DNA of 64,000 bases from Somniosus microcephalus (GCA_052327205.1 CM126224.1:64666001-64730000), one strand, 5' to 3'; counted from the first letter of the stretch, positions 12,075 through 26,040 are shown. The notes: a model not told the origin generated them from the sequence alone. Made by a program: numbers and translations.

Positions 12075-12790
12075 CGACAACAACAACAACTTGCATAGTA
12101 AAACATCCCAAGACCCTTCACAGGAGCGTAATCAGACACAATCTGACACTGAGCCACATAAGAAGATATTAGGACAGGCGACCAAAAGCTTAGTCAAAGA
12201 GGGAGGTTTAAAGAAAGAAATTTATATCGTGCCTTTCACAACCTCGGGACGTTCCAAAGCGCTTTACACCCAATGAAGTACTTTTGAAGTGTAGTCACTG
12301 TTGTAATGTAGAAAACGCGGCAGCCAATTGCACACAGCAAGCTCCCACAAATAGCAATGTGATAATGGAAAGATAATCTGTTTTTTTGTGATGTTGATTG
12401 AGGGATAAATATTGGCCAGGACACCGGGGATAACTCCCCTGCTCTTCTTCAAAATAGTGCCATGGGATCATTTACGTCCACCTGAGAGAGCAGACAGGGC
12501 TCATCTGAAAGATGGAGGAGCATCTTAAAGGATGAGAAAGAGGCGGAGAGGTTTAGGGAGGGAATTCCAGAGTTTAGGGCCTAGACAGCTGAAGGCACGG
12601 CTGCCAATGGTGGACGTGCAAGAAGCCAGAAGTGGAGGAATGCAGAGATCTTGGAGGGTTGTAGGAATGAAAGAGGTTACAGAGATGGGGAGGTGGTGAG
12701 GCCATGGTGTGATTTGAAAACAAGAATGAGAATTTTAAAATCGAGGAGTTGCCAGACCGGGAGCCAATGTTGGTCAGCAAGCACACAGTG
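12075..12790 (-). mobile_element. L2-type LINE 3' end containing a DeuSINE insert (~12210-12515)
   Basis: (CAA)n tail and the GACCAAAAGCTT...AAAGAGG L2-like motif; the insert carries Deu-domain and tail sequence (AATATTGGCCAGGACACCGGGG, GAAGTGTAGTCACTGTTGTAATG). Confidence 0.75.
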
Positions 12791-12892
12791 ACACAGCCTT
12801 ATCTAGCCAATTAGTCCCCAACTACCCTACTGTCCCTAACTGTCCCTGGATCCGTGACAGCACTTCACTCAATGCCTGATGATGTCGAGGTC

Positions 12893-15058
12893 AGTATGTG
12901 TGTGTCACTATGATAATGTCTAGGGCAGTGTGTGTGTGTCACTGTATGATAATGTCTAGGGCTGTGTGTGTGTCACTGTATGATAATGTCTAGGGCAGTG
13001 TGTGTGTCACTATGATGATGTCTAGGGCAGTGTGTGTGTCACTATGATGATGTCTAGGGCTGTGTGTGTGTCATTGTATGATCATGTCTAGGGCAGTGTG
13101 TGTGTCACTATGATGATGTCTAGGGCTGTGTGTGTGTCACTATGATAATGTCTAGGGCTGTGTGTGTGTCACTATGATAATGTCTAGGGCAGTGTGTGTG
13201 TCACTATGATGATGTCTAGAGCAGTGTGTGTGTCACTGTATGATGTCTAGGGCAGTGTGTGTGTCACTGTATGATAATGTCTAGGGCAGTGTGTGTGTCA
13301 CTGTATGATGTCTAGGGCAGTGTGTGTGTCACTATGATAATGTCTAGGGCAGTTTGTGTGTCATTGTATGATCATGTCTAGGGCAGTGTGTGTGTCACTG
13401 TATGATGTCTAGGGCAGTTTGTGTGTCATTGTATGATCATGTCTAGGGCAGTGTGTGTGTCACTGTATGATAATGTCTAGGGCAGTGTGTGTGTCACTAT
13501 GATAATGTCTAGGGCAGTGTGTGTGTCACTATGATAATGTCTAGGGCAGTGTGTGTGTCACTATGATAATGTCTAGGGCAGTGTGTGTGTCACTATGATA
13601 ATGTCTAGGGCAGTGTGTGTGTCACTGTATGATGTCTAGGGCTGTGTGTGTCTCACTATGATAATGTCTAGGGCAGTGTGTGTCTCACTATGATAATGTC
13701 TAGGGCAGTGTGTGTGTCACTGTATGATAATGTCTATGGCAGTGTGTGTGTCACTGTATGATAATGTCTATGGCAGTGTGTGTGTCACTATGATAATGTC
13801 TAAGGCAGTGTGTGTGTCACTATGATAATGTCTAGGGCAGTGTGTGTGTCACTGTATGATAATGTCTATGGCAGTGTGTGTGTCACTGTGGAATTCTGTA
13901 AAAGTATCCTCCGGACTCAAAGGAAAACAGTAAACAACGCATGCAGGGCGGAACTAGGCCAATACCCATTAATAATCACTATCCAAAAAAGAGCCACCAA
14001 ATTTTGGAATCACCTACAAATGAGCAACCCCCAATGCTATCACTACGACGCCCTGAAATGCCAAGAGCTGACCATAAAGAAGAATACCCTCAGTCAACTA
14101 GTCTCCTGGGACTCAATAAAGTAACTAATAACAATACTAACAATAACCAGCCCCAGGACAGTGACAGGGTAACACAAAGAATTCGACCCAACACAATCGT
14201 CGCTAAGCAAAAGGAAAAATATCTGTCATATTGGGCAGAAACAACAAAAACCCAAAGCAAACTCAATTGCTACTTGGCCCTAAACAGACAATACAACATA
14301 GCTGATTACCTGACCATGGTAAAGGATAACAAACTGAGAAGAACCTTGACAAGGTACAGACTTAGCGAACATAGCCTAGCGATCGAAAAAGGCAGACACA
14401 GGCAGACCAGGCTGCCAAGAGAAGACAGGATATGCTCTCACTGCAGTCAGGGAGTAGTTGAGACAGAGATGCACTTCCTCACAGCCTGTGGAAAATATCA
14501 GGGCATCAGAGAGAATTTCTATCAAAAATTCTCACAAATATGCCCTGAATTCAGAAATCTGACTGACAACCAAAAACTCCCATTCCTACTGGGGGAGGAG
14601 AGAAGCTGTGTAACACTGGCGGCACACTATGTTACAGCTTGCCATGAACAGAGGGACAACCAGTAAACTAAGACAAGAGTATATATAAACAAGGCGAAAA
14701 TATATTTATAAACTCAGGGATATACCTGTTTATACACTGTATGAATGGAACCGCGTTTATGTGTTCAACCATAAATGTATTTTGATGCTTTGGCAACATA
14801 AGATGTACCTTATCATGCCAATAAAGCGATTTGTATTGTATTGTATTGTATGATAATGTCTAAGGCAGTGTGTGTGTCACTGTATGATAATGTCTAGGGC
14901 AGTGTGTGTGTCACTGTATGATAATGTCTAGGGCAGTGTGTGTGTCACTGTATGATAATGTCTAGGGCAGTGTGTGTGTCACTGTATGATAATGTCTAGG
15001 GCAGTGTGTGTGTCACTGTGTGATAATGTCTAGGGCAGTGTGTGTGTCACTGTATGGT
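12893..15058. repeat. Minisatellite, ~28-33 bp unit CAGTGTGTGTGTCACT(GT)ATGATAATGTCTAGGG, split by a LINE insertion
   Basis: Tandem units visible at 12893-13889 and 14851-15058. Confidence 0.97.
13890..14850 (+). mobile_element. 5'-truncated non-LTR retrotransposon, probably RTE-X clade
   Basis: NNACRAELGQYPL; C-terminal LAIEKGRH...RICSHC...VETEMHFLTAC (CCHC) ending at 14666; AATAAA at ~14820 and a (TTGTA)4 tail; frameshift near 14105. Confidence 0.8.
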
Positions 15059-15062
15059 AATA

Positions 15063-15375
15063 TGGCTGGAGTGTCTAGAACTCGGGCCATAGTCTCAGGA
15101 TAAGGGGTTGGCCATTTAAGACTGAGATGAGGAGGAATTTCTTCACTCAGAGGGTTGTGAATCTTTGGAATTCTCTGCCCCAGAGGGCTGTGGATGCCGA
15201 GTCTTTGAGTATATTCAAGGCTGAGATCGATAGATTTTTGGACTCATGGGGAATCAAGGGATATGGAGATCGGGCGGGAAAGTGGAGTTGAGGTCGATGA
15301 TCAGCCATGATCTTATTGAATGGTGGAGCAGGCTCGAGGGGCCGTGACCTACTCCCGCTCTTATTTCTTATGTTC
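15063..15375 (+). mobile_element. CR1 3' fragment
   Basis: AGGAGGAATTTCTTCACTCAGAGGGTTGTGAATCTTTGG and CR1 3' UTR. Confidence 0.88.
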
Positions 15376-15380
15376 ATTCC

Positions 15381-15762
15381 ATTAGCCTTTTTGATTATTT
15401 TCTGTAGCTGTGCATGATCGATGTACCTGGACCTCCAAGTCTCTTTGGACCTCCACTGTTTTTAGCCTTTCACCGTTTAGAAAGTACCCTGTTCTATCCT
15501 TTTTAGGTCCAAAGTGGATGACCTCACATTTGCCTACATTGAAATCCATTTGCCACAGTTTTGCCATTCACTTAACCTGTCGATATCCCTCTGTAATTTT
15601 ATGCTTTTATCTACACTGCCTACATTGCCGCCTATCTTTGTGTCATCGGCAAACTTGGATATGTGGCTCTCTGTACCATCATCTAAGTCGTTAATACTGT
15701 GAACTGTTGAGGCCCCAATACAGATCTCTGCGGGACACCACTAGTCACACCCTGCCAATCCA
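15381..15762 (-). mobile_element. CR1 RT fragment
   Basis: SKFADDTK and WQMDFNVGKCEVIHFG on the minus strand. Confidence 0.88.
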
Positions 15763-16704
15763 CATCTTCAGGTTCTCCACTGATTCCTGTGAGCAGAGCC
15801 TGCCGGACAGTGATGAGCACTGCAAATCTATTTGACGTGCTTGTATGTACCGAAGACAGTCAAATACAGCCGATATTGCCTCTTGGAGTTTTGTGCGCAC
15901 TCCAGGCACAGCAGCAAGTCTGAGCATCACTGGAGCTGTTTTACCTGTGCCTGAGTGATGGAGGTTGAAGTGCCAGTGGTGCAGGCTGCAGTCAAGCTAA
16001 TCCTTACTGCTTTACAGTAGCCAGATTGGACATGATGGTCCATATCTGAGTACTGGACTTCTTCAAACCACTCAAGCTTACCTCTACTGCCCTCTTTTGG
16101 TGCCAAGTGACACAGCAGGATCCACCATACATAATATCTTCAAAAAGTGCCTCACCAAGTTTGCTTCTGCAGGAAACAGAGAGGGCACATGCAAACTGGG
16201 CCTCTACTCCGTGGCCTTCCAAAGCTTTTTTCTGTCGCTCCCTTGTCCCAGTAGTGCTAAGCTCTTCACCTGCTGAATGCTGCTTTATGTATTAAAAGAT
16301 TGATGTCACTGAGCTGGTGCTAGATGACCCGGAGAGTGCCCACTAGTAGTCCAGTGCTGAATGGTCTTCCTGGGCATTGCCCTGGCTCATGCTTGGTTTC
16401 CTTTAACTTGTGGAGAGAACAGATGTGATGTTATGAATAAGAGGAGCCATGTTTACGCTCGGAACTGTCATACCAATAACCGGCTCTATTGTGTAGGTGG
16501 ACGCTGTTTGCAGCTAGGGACATTTTGCTGAACAGTGAAACCATCATCTCATGAACAGTGTTGCTCCTGGATCTGCCAATGTATCTGCTCAGACCTCCAA
16601 AATCAAAATGACCTACTCCTAGGAGGCTCTCAGGGCTAATAATCTCCACCAGGTATGTTTCCCAAAGACGAAGAGTCTTTTTGATGAAAGTTCCCAGTCC
16701 CATT

Positions 16705-17043
16705 TTTTAAATTTGTTCTCAGACTGTGGGTGACGCTGGCAAAGCTACACTTATTGACCTGGGAAATCCAGAACATTAACCCAATGACCTTGAAGGAATG
16801 GCGATATATGTCCAAGTCAGGATGGAGTGTAAAGTGAAGGGAACTTGTAAGTGACAGTGTTCCCAGTGTTCTCAGGGTCAAGAGGTGAGTCACTCTTTGC
16901 AAATTACCCAGCTTCTGCCCTGCTCTTGTAACCACTTTGTTGACATGGTTGGTTCTGTTCAGCTTCTAATCAATGGTGATTTGTAAGATGTTGATGGTAG
17001 GGCTTTCTCTTGTGCAAGTAATTACCTGGCACTTATGTGGTGC
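16705..17043 (-). mobile_element. CR1-like LINE 3' part, host of the nested LTR stack (continues at 27127-27450)
   Basis: Same family as 55747-57692. The sequence runs GGCACTTATGTG-GTGC-[insert]-GTGC-AAATGTTACC; the downstream part encodes AGVPQGSMLDPSIFSCFINDLP. Confidence 0.75.
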
Positions 17044-17723
17044 TGTAGGAACGTGGGTTCCTAACTAAAAGACTGAGTTCTACTCAGGCGATCAAACAAA
17101 ATGAACTTTAATGAAACAAACAGGTTTTAACAAGAAACTGAAGGATAACATCGAATGTAGGTCTGCTCTCTTCGGAGGCTCCACGAGGACTGCCCCTGCA
17201 GTCCCGTGGCTGACGTCATCACGTCATCACGTTTTCCCGCCAGTGGGGAATCACGTGATGAACGGCGTGATGTCATCACGTTTTAGCCGCGCTGTTAAAG
17301 TAACCACACTCTGTACAGTTAAACAGCATAAATAAAGATACAGACTCAGGCTGCAGCTAACATGTTGTTAAAGGAATTATATACAAACGATCTGAGTCCT
17401 TTGTGTAATGATCAATAACATGTCATTCTAGAGTGGTACACTAGATGGAGTCATAGAGCTGTATAAAGCTGTATATTTAGTTGTATGTGTTTAAGACTAC
17501 ACTACCCACAATGCACTAGGCTACCCAGAAGGCAGTAGTCAAGATGGAAGCCTGCACACAGAAGTACACATGCTGAGTCTCTACAGATGCTGTACCTAGA
17601 GAACGTGCACTGAATAAATGTCTAGCTAGAAGCTAGCTGTTCATAATAAGAATGTCTAGTTATTAATGAACATAACATGGTACCAGGATTAGTGAAGATC
17701 TGCTGAAAATTGTGAAAAGCAAC

Positions 17724-20700
17724 ATGGAGAATTTGAGGCCACCGGAGTTTTTGAATCTCACGGGAAATGTCGACTACAATTGGCGGACTTTCAAACAACA
17801 ATTCGAACTCTACTTTGCTGCCATCGGATTCGGTACGAAGCCAGACGCAAGAAAAATAGCATTGCTGCTCACGGTTGCAGGCCCACAGGCGATAGAGGTA
17901 TTTAATACATTTGTATTTAATCCAGAGGAGAACAGAGAAAATTTAGACGATGTGCTAAAGAAATTTGATACACCAAAAAGAATGAAACCTATGAAAGATA
18001 CGTGTTCCGTTCGAGGACACAGCGGCAAAATGAGACTTTTGATAGCTTTGTGACCGATCTGAAACTGAAAGCACAGACATGTAATTTCTCTGAGCTGAAA
18101 GCATCCATGATTCGTGACCAAATTGTGTTTGGTATTCATGGTAAAAAGGTCAGGGAACGTCTGTTGAGAGAAACCGAACTAACATTGGAAAATGCTGTGA
18201 ATATATGCCAAGCCAGTGAGCTAGCTCGACAGCACGCGAAGACTTTCAGTGAAATCAATAATGATGCGATTGTAGTAAGTGCTGCTGTTGGTGCTGTGTT
18301 CTACAAGGGGAAGCAACATGGGCAGAACAGAATTGAAAAGCAATCGGAGGAAGGAATTTTTAATTGTAAACGCTGTGGTTACAAACGCCAGTTAAAACAA
18401 TGCCCAGTGTTTGAAAAAATGTGCACAAAATGTCATGGAAAGAATCACTTTGCCAAACAATGCTTTTCAAAAGTAAAAACAAAGAAAGGGCAACAAGTCC
18501 GAGTTAATGTGATTGAGGACACTGATTTAAGTGAGACATTTTTTGTAGGAATGGTGTCATGTGACAATATAGAAAAGGATACAGAAAATGTGCAGCCCTC
18601 AGGAATAAACAATGCTGAACATAACGTCAATGCAGTAAAAGAGGACAAATGGATGATCCCACTGCAGGTAAATGGAGCATTAGTTACATTGAAACTAGAC
18701 ACTGGGGCAAAAGCAAACTTAATCAGTATGAGTGACATTAAAAACATGAAAGAAAAGCCCAAAATACAGAAAAAGTCAGTACTACTGAAGAGCTATAATG
18801 GACAGAAAATAGATAGCTTAGGTGTATGCAGACTTAAAGTGACAGTCAAAGACAAAGTGCATCATCTCATGTTTTCTGTTGTGGCTGAAGGACTTGATTC
18901 ACTACTGGGTGACAAAGCTTGTGAGGACTTAGAACTGGTCAAGAGAGTATACCGTATAAACTGTGCCATAAACAGACCAGATGACTCAGTGGATTCTGTA
19001 GTAAATAATTTCTAGGATGTGTTCAAAGGATTTGGAGTTCTACCATTCACTTACAAGATCCAGCTAAAGGAGGATGCTCAGCCAGTGGTACATGCTCCAC
19101 GAAGAGTTCCAGCACCCCTGCGTGACCGGCTCAAGAAAGAACTGGACAGAATGACCACACTAGGGCCCAGAAATTCACTATGGCCCCGCCAGCTGGCTAG
19201 CGCCCAAAAGTTAGCGCTGGGCGCGGAGCCAGTTGCGACCGTCAGATATTCAGTTTTTGCGCCCCAAGTTGGAACCGGGCGCTATTCCAGGGTGTGCCCG
19301 CCCCCGCTTGGGGCACTGAAACTGAATTTCAGCGCTCTAGGCGCCGCTGTGCCACCCGCTGCGGAGCGGCAGGCTGCGGTACTGCAGGCCTCCTCCTTCT
19401 CTTAAGGGGGAGGTGCCTGCCACGGGGAGATCGCCGCTGGATTGTGCCGGCAAATGAGCCCGGCACCACGGAGAAGTGCCGGGTTCGCGGAAAGCAGCCG
19501 GCAATGCCGCGGGGGGGTTGGGGGGGGGGTGGTGGAGGAGGCCGGGGAAGGAGGTGCGGGCAGGCGGCTGGCGAAAAAGCGGCCGGCCGCATCGCCACCT
19601 TAAAGCGCCCCACTAAGGCTACAGTACGGCCCCGTTTTCTGGTCGCTGTTTGCGGCCGCTGCGGAAGAGGCGGCCGCAACTAAATATGGGGATCGGGCCG
19701 GTATCGGGGCGGAACCGGGGCACTGCGCACACCGATGACGTCATCGGTGCTGGCGCAGCGCTAACGGCTACCGCCGCCATTACCGCTGCACTGAATATCA
19801 GCGCAAACTCCTGTATTGGCGCAGAAGCCCTCTTTAGGCGGTAACTGGCCGCAAAGCTGTCGGCGCCTTAATGAATTTCTAGGCCCAGGAGTCATCAGGA
19901 AAGTCGAAGAGCCAACAGACTGGGTTAACTCTATGGTATGTGTGAAGAAAAAGAACAATGATCTAAGAATATGCATGGATCCAAAGGACTTAAATGCAAA
20001 CATAAAACGTGAACACTACCAGGTTCCCAAGCGAGAAGAAAATCACCAGTGAAATGTCAGGTGCCAGATACTTTACAAAGCTCGATGCCTCACAAGGATT
20101 TTGGCAACTAAAACTGGATGAAGAGAGCACCAAATACTGTACCTTCAACACACCATTTGGCAGGTATTGTTTCCTCAGAATGCCTTTCGGGATAATATCT
20201 GCTTCTGAAATCTTTCATAGAGCAATGGAACACATAATTGAAGGTCTGGAAGGAGTTTGGGTCTATGTTGATGACATCATCATCTGGGGCTCCACACTGA
20301 AAGAACACAATGAGAGACTGACTAAAGTGCTACAGAGCATACGCCGGAATGGACTGAAGCTCAACAAAGCCAACTGTCAGTTTGGCGTCCAGGAAGTCAC
20401 TTTCCTAGGAGATAATCTATCTGGTAAAGGAATAGAGCCAGATATGGAAAAAGTAAACGCCATACTCAACATGCCCCGACCCACTGATAAAAAAGGAGTG
20501 CTACGCATCATGGGGATGATAAACTTCATTGGAAAGTTCATTCCTAACTTGTCAGCCAAGACAGCCTGTCTGCGAGACCTGCTACATAAAACAAATGAGT
20601 TCGCATGGACAGAAAAACATGAACAAGAGTGGATGAACCTCAAAACAGTGCTGACAACCACACCTGTACTCACTTTCTTTGACCCAACAAAGAGAATCAA

Positions 20701-22379
20701 AGTGTCAACGGATGCATCAAAGGATGGCCTAGGCGCGGTCTTGCTACAAGCAGAGGGTGAAGATTGGAAGCCTGTTGCCTATGCCTCTAGGTCTATGACT
20801 GATACTGAGTGTCGATACGCCCAGATTGAAAAGGAATGTCTAGGCTTGGTAGTTGGATTAGAAAAGTTCCATGGCTACATATATGGACTTCCCACCTTCA
20901 CAGTTGAGACAGACCACAGCCCACTGGTTGCCATCATAAAAAAGAACCTGAATGAGATGTCTCCAAGGATTCAATGACTCATGATGAAGCTGCAAAGATA
21001 TGACTTTGAACTGATCTACACACCAGGCAAATACATAGTGTTAGCAGATGCACTATCCCAAGCACCCACAATGAGTCATGTGAGCTCTACTGAAGAAGAC
21101 GTGGATGTTCATGTGAGTATGGTCACTGCTGCGCTGCCCGTGTCAGACACAAAATCAAAGCAAATAGCAGAAGAAACAGTAAAAGATACAGTGTTACAAA
21201 CAGTAATAGAGAACATTAATCATGGTTGGCCAAAAGGTTCCTGTCCAAAATACTTTCACATAAGGTCAGAATTGAGTGTCGCAAGTGGACTATTACTAAA
21301 ACAGAACAGAATAGTCATTCCACAGGCTCTACATCAAGACATGCTCAAAAGGATTCATGAGGGACACCTCAGAATTGAAAAATGCAAAAGGAGAGCAAGA
21401 GACACTGTTTATTGGCCTGGCATAAATAAGGACATTGAGAACATGATAGGCAAATGTGAGACATGTCAGAAACACCAAAACAAACAAGCAAAGGAACCAA
21501 TGATAGTAGCTGACATACCCAACAGCACCATGGCAAAAGGTTGGTATGGACCTTTTTCATTTGAATGGTAAAGAATATCTAATAGTGATTGACTACTATT
21601 CTAACTATCCTGAGATGGCGCTGCTCTCAAGCACCACAGCAAGCAATGTCATAATGCATGTGAAATCCATCTTCGCCAGACATGGAATTCCCAGGATTGC
21701 CATTAGCGACAATGGTCCGTGCTTCAACTGTAAGGAGTGGCAACAGTTTGCAGCACAGTATGACTTTCAGCACATCACATCCAGTCCTCTATATGCTCAG
21801 TCAAATGGTAGGGCAGAGAAAGGTGTTCAAGTTCTCAAGCAGCTACTGAAGAAAGCGACAGAAAGCAAGTCTGATCCTTATCTCGCCCTGCTGAGCTACC
21901 GAGCCTCACCTTTAGACTCTGGTTCTTCACCTGCTGAACTACTAATGGGTCGCAAGTTGCGCACCACGCTACCCTGCTGTGCAAAAGAACAGCAAAGTAA
22001 GGAACTGAGACAGAGACTTCAACTGTTAAAGCTGAAACAGAAATCATACTATGACAAGTCATCCAAAACTCTAAAACCATTGACAAGGGATGATGTTGTC
22101 AGGATTGAGGATCCAGATGCATGGAACAGGAAAGCTACAGTTCTTGAGGAAGTACGATCAAGGTCATACACTGTTAGAACTGAGGAAGGACAGATTCTCA
22201 GGAGGAACCGCCGTTCCCTCCTGAAAACACAAGAAACTATCCAAGAGCAGATTGATGACAATGCCGCAACTGAATCTTGTCATTCACCACCAGAACAATC
22301 TCATGAAAACACATCAGACTTACCCGTGCTGAGAAGATCCACACGTGTAGTAAAAAAGCCTGATAGACTTAATCTTTGA
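17724..22379 (+). pseudogene. gag-pol of the inner Gypsy, broken by frameshifts, stops and a MITE
   Basis: Zinc knuckle CTKCHGKNHFAKQC, LDTGA, YVDD, STDAS, SDNGPCF, GRAEKGV; stops at 19013 and 20975. Confidence 0.92.
19164..19885. mobile_element. GC-rich non-autonomous DNA transposon (MITE, Harbinger/PIF-like)
   Basis: ~31-bp imperfect TIRs GGCCCAGAAATTCACTATGG... / ...CCTTAATGAATTTCTAGGCC; removing it restores the RT frame RMTTLGVIRKV; flanks TAG and CAG. Confidence 0.85.
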
Positions 22380-22839
22380 GTACAAAGAAAAACTATATTG
22401 AAAATGTATTGACTGTTGTGAAAATGTTTATGTTTATAGAGCACTAACAAAAGTGTTACTGATATCATCTTTATCGTTTTTCTTGAAAGTTGAATGATAT
22501 TGATTTTGTTAACCTCAAAGAAAGGGGGATGTAATGATCAATAACATGTCATTCTGGAGTGGTACACTAGATGGAGCCGTAGAGCTGTATCGAGCTGTAT
22601 ATTTAGTTGTATGTGTTTAAGACTACACTACCCATGATGCACTAGGCTACCCAGAAGGCAGTAGTCAAGATGGAAGCCTGCACACAGAAGTACACATGCT
22701 GAGTCTCTACAGATGCTGTACCTAGAGAACGTGTACTGAATAAATGTCGAGCTAAAAGCTAGCTGTTCATAATAAGAATGTCTAGTTATTAATGAACATA
22801 ACACTTTGGTGGCTCTGCCACATGTGCCCCCCCCAGAAT

Positions 22840-25800
22840 TGTCTTTAACAGCAAAAGTGAGACGTCGAGGAGGCCTGACAAGTCTGTCTGAGCGACTTCG
22901 GTAACCCTGCAGAGGAAGCTGATGGACGGTGGTCGAGCTGGTGGGCGGTTGTGGTTGAGCTGACGCGGCGAGTGTGGTCGAGCTGGTGGGCGGCTGTGGT
23001 TGATCTGGCATGGCGGCTGCGGGCGGTCGGCCATGTTTCGGTGGTTGAGCGACGACTACTGGGCGGTCCAGGTCCAGGTGAGCCGGCTTCAACCGGTCCA
23101 CCGAAATGTGGTCCGGCTTTCCTCCGATGTCGACCGAAAAGGATTTGTCTCCTGATTCGATGACGCGGAAAGGACCAGTGTAAGGGGGCTTGAGCGGATC
23201 CCGGTGAGCATCGTGGCGGATAAATACGTACTCGGCGTTCTTCGGCTCCGCTGGCACGTGGGAGCTCTGTAGGCTGTGATTTGATGTAGGCACTGGAGCG
23301 AAGCATCTGGCCGCTTCCTGGTGGCTGACGAGTTGCTGGGAGGCGGACCATGGCTCTGTGGGAGAAGGGAGGAAATCCCCTGGTACTCGGAGCGGCTGGC
23401 CATAAACGAGTTCGGCCGAGGACGATTGCAGGTCTTCTTTGGGCGCCGTACGAAGACTCAAAAGGACCCATGGGAGTCTGTCCACCCATCCCGCACCTTG
23501 AAGACTGGCCCGTAGGGCGGCTTTAAGCGACCTGTGGAATCGCTCGCAAAGGCCATTTGCCTGTGGATGATAGGCGGTGGTGTGATGAAGTTTGGTGCCG
23601 AGCACCTGAGCTACGGCGTTCCAGAGCTCCGAGGAAAATTGTGGCCCACGATCGGAAGAGATGTCCGCCGGTACCCCGAAATGAGCAACCCAACAAGAGA
23701 TGAAAGCTCTAGCGACGTCTGCAGAAGTGGAGGAAACCAAAGGAATTGCCTCTGGCCACCTAGTGGTGCGGTCCACCATGGTGAGGAGATGCGTATAACC
23801 ATGAGAAGGCGGAAGTGGCCCCACAAGGTCCACATGTACGTGGTCGAAACGACGCTCCGGAACAGCGAACGTAGCCACTGGAGCTTTTACATGACGCTGG
23901 ACCTTGGCCTTCTGGCAGACCACGCAGGTGTTGGCCCAGTCACAGACATCGAGGTGCATACCTTTCCAGACGAACTTCACCGACATTAGCCGTTGTGAAG
24001 CCTTCATACCAGGGTGCGACAACCCGTGTATGGCGTCAAACACCTTCCGGCGCCATGCGACTGGCACGATAGGTCGGGGAACGCCCATGGAGATGTCGCA
24101 AAGGAGCGTGGTGCCTACGGCCTGGAAACTGACGTCGGTCGCTTGGAAACTAGAGGGAACGGCTCTGTATGATTGGACCTCTGGGTCCGAGGCCTGATCT
24201 GCAGCCATGAGGGCGTAGTCAATCCCCAGGTGAACCGCATGGACCGTCGCACGGGAGAGGCAATCTGCTACCAGGTTGTCTTTACCAGACACGTGTTGAA
24301 TGTCCGTGGTAAATTCAGAAATAAACGTCAGGTGACGTTGTTGACAAGCTGACCACGGTTCGGCGGTCTTGGCCATGGCGAACGTTAGAGGCTTGTGGTC
24401 GACAAAAGCCGTGAAGGGACGTCTTCTAATAAGAACCGGAAATGGCGAATGGCTAGAAAAAGGGCCAGCAACTCTCGATCGAAGGTGCTGTACTTTCTTT
24501 CATTTTTCCGTAGTTGACGGCTGAAAAACGCCAGCGGTTGCCACGTGCTGTTCACCCACTACTCCTGCACTGCGCCGATGGCGTAGTCTGACGCATCTGT
24601 GGTAAGGGCGATGGTGGCACCTGGAAGTGGGTGCGCCAGCATGGTTGCATTGGCCAAAGCGTTCTTGGTGTTGACGAACGCCTGGTCCATCTCGGCCATC
24701 CAGCTGATTGGATCCTTACCGGACTTGCCCTTGAGGGCCCCGTACAAAGGCTGCATTAGCTGAGCCGCCTTAGGGACGAATCGGTGATAGAAATTGACCA
24801 TCCCCAGGAACTCTTGCAGGGCCTTGATGGTTGGCGGGCGCGGGAAAGAGGTAACAGCTTCCACCTTCGTCAGTAAGGGGACGGCGCCGTCTGATGTTAT
24901 GCGGTGTCCCAAGAAATCGATCCGCTGCAGGCCGAACTGGCGCTTGGCCGGGTTGATGATCAAACCGTGCTGGCTGAGGCGTGTAAAGAGGGTACGCAAA
25001 TGGCAGATGTGCTCTTCCTTGCTAGCGCTGGTGATGAGAATGTCGTCAAGGTAGACGAAGATGAAGTTTAGGTCTCGGAGCACGGAGTCCATCAAGCGCT
25101 GGAAAGCCTGTGCCGCGTTCTTCAAGCCAAACGGCATCCGCAGGAACTCAAAAAGGCCGAAAGGGGTGATGACTGCGGTTTTCGGGACGTCTTGCGGGTG
25201 CACGGGAACCTGGTGATAACCCCGGACGAGGTCGACTTTAGAAAAGATAGAATTTCCCGCCAAATGGGCCGAGAAATCCTGAATATGCGGGATTGGGTAC
25301 CGATCAGGAGTAGTGGCGTCGTTCAGGCGTCGGTAGTCACCGCATGGCCGCCGGCCGCCAGCCACCGCCCGGTTTTGGAACAATGTGGAGAGGCGAAGAC
25401 CAGGGACTATTCGACCGGCGAATAATCCCCAGCCGCTCCATCGTGTCGAACTCCGCTTTCGCAGCCATGAGCTTGCCGGGTTCAAGCCTTCTAGCCCGTG
25501 CATAAACCAGGAAGCCAGTAGTGGTGATATGATGTTCAACACCATGCTTCGTGGCCGAGGAGGAGAAAGTGGGCCTGGTCAGCTCCGGGAACTCTCCGAG
25601 GAGCCGAGTGAAGTCATCTGGAGAAGGGAACGCGCAGGCGATAGAGCGCGCCACGGTGGTACCGTGGTGGCACGGAATCGAGTGGAAGGTGGCCGCGTTG
25701 ATCAAGCGGCGGTGCCGGACATCGACGAGGAGGCCGTTGGCACACAGAAAATCCGCCCCTAGGATGGCCTGCGAGACTGTGGCCGTGACGAATTCCTAAT

Positions 25801-26040
25801 GGAAGCGCTGACCGCCGAAACAGACTTGGACCCGCCGCTTTCGGAAAGTTCGAATGGCTGCGCCATCAGCCGCCACGAGGGAAAAGCTGTGGTCCCCAGC
25901 TTGCATATCGAGATTCGACGCAGGTAGGATGCTACACTGCACCCCGGTGTCACAAAGGAAACGTCGACCCGAAAGGGAATCGATGATGTAAAGGAGTTTC
26001 CCCATAGATCCGATGGCCATCGCAGCCGCAGAGCGCCCAT
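22840..26040 (-). pseudogene. pol (PR-RT-RH-IN) of the CsRn1-like element, with stops and frameshifts
   Basis: [52 protein letters not shown] and a GPF-like C-terminus, spread over several ORFs. Confidence 0.9.

Larger units (their letters stand above)
17404..22803 (+). mobile_element. Gypsy LTR retrotransposon (Mag-like), degenerate, inserted into the LTR of the CsRn1-like element
   Basis: 274-bp LTRs at 17404-17677 and 22530-22803; 5-bp TSD CTTTG; PBS TGGTACCAGGA (tRNA-Leu UAA-like); PPT AAAGAAAGGGGGA. Confidence 0.95.

Noticed and set aside
22628-22840. Extended C-terminus of the 582-aa integrase ORF
   Set aside because: Read-through across the PPT and LTR into the inserted element's LTR, not a real domain.
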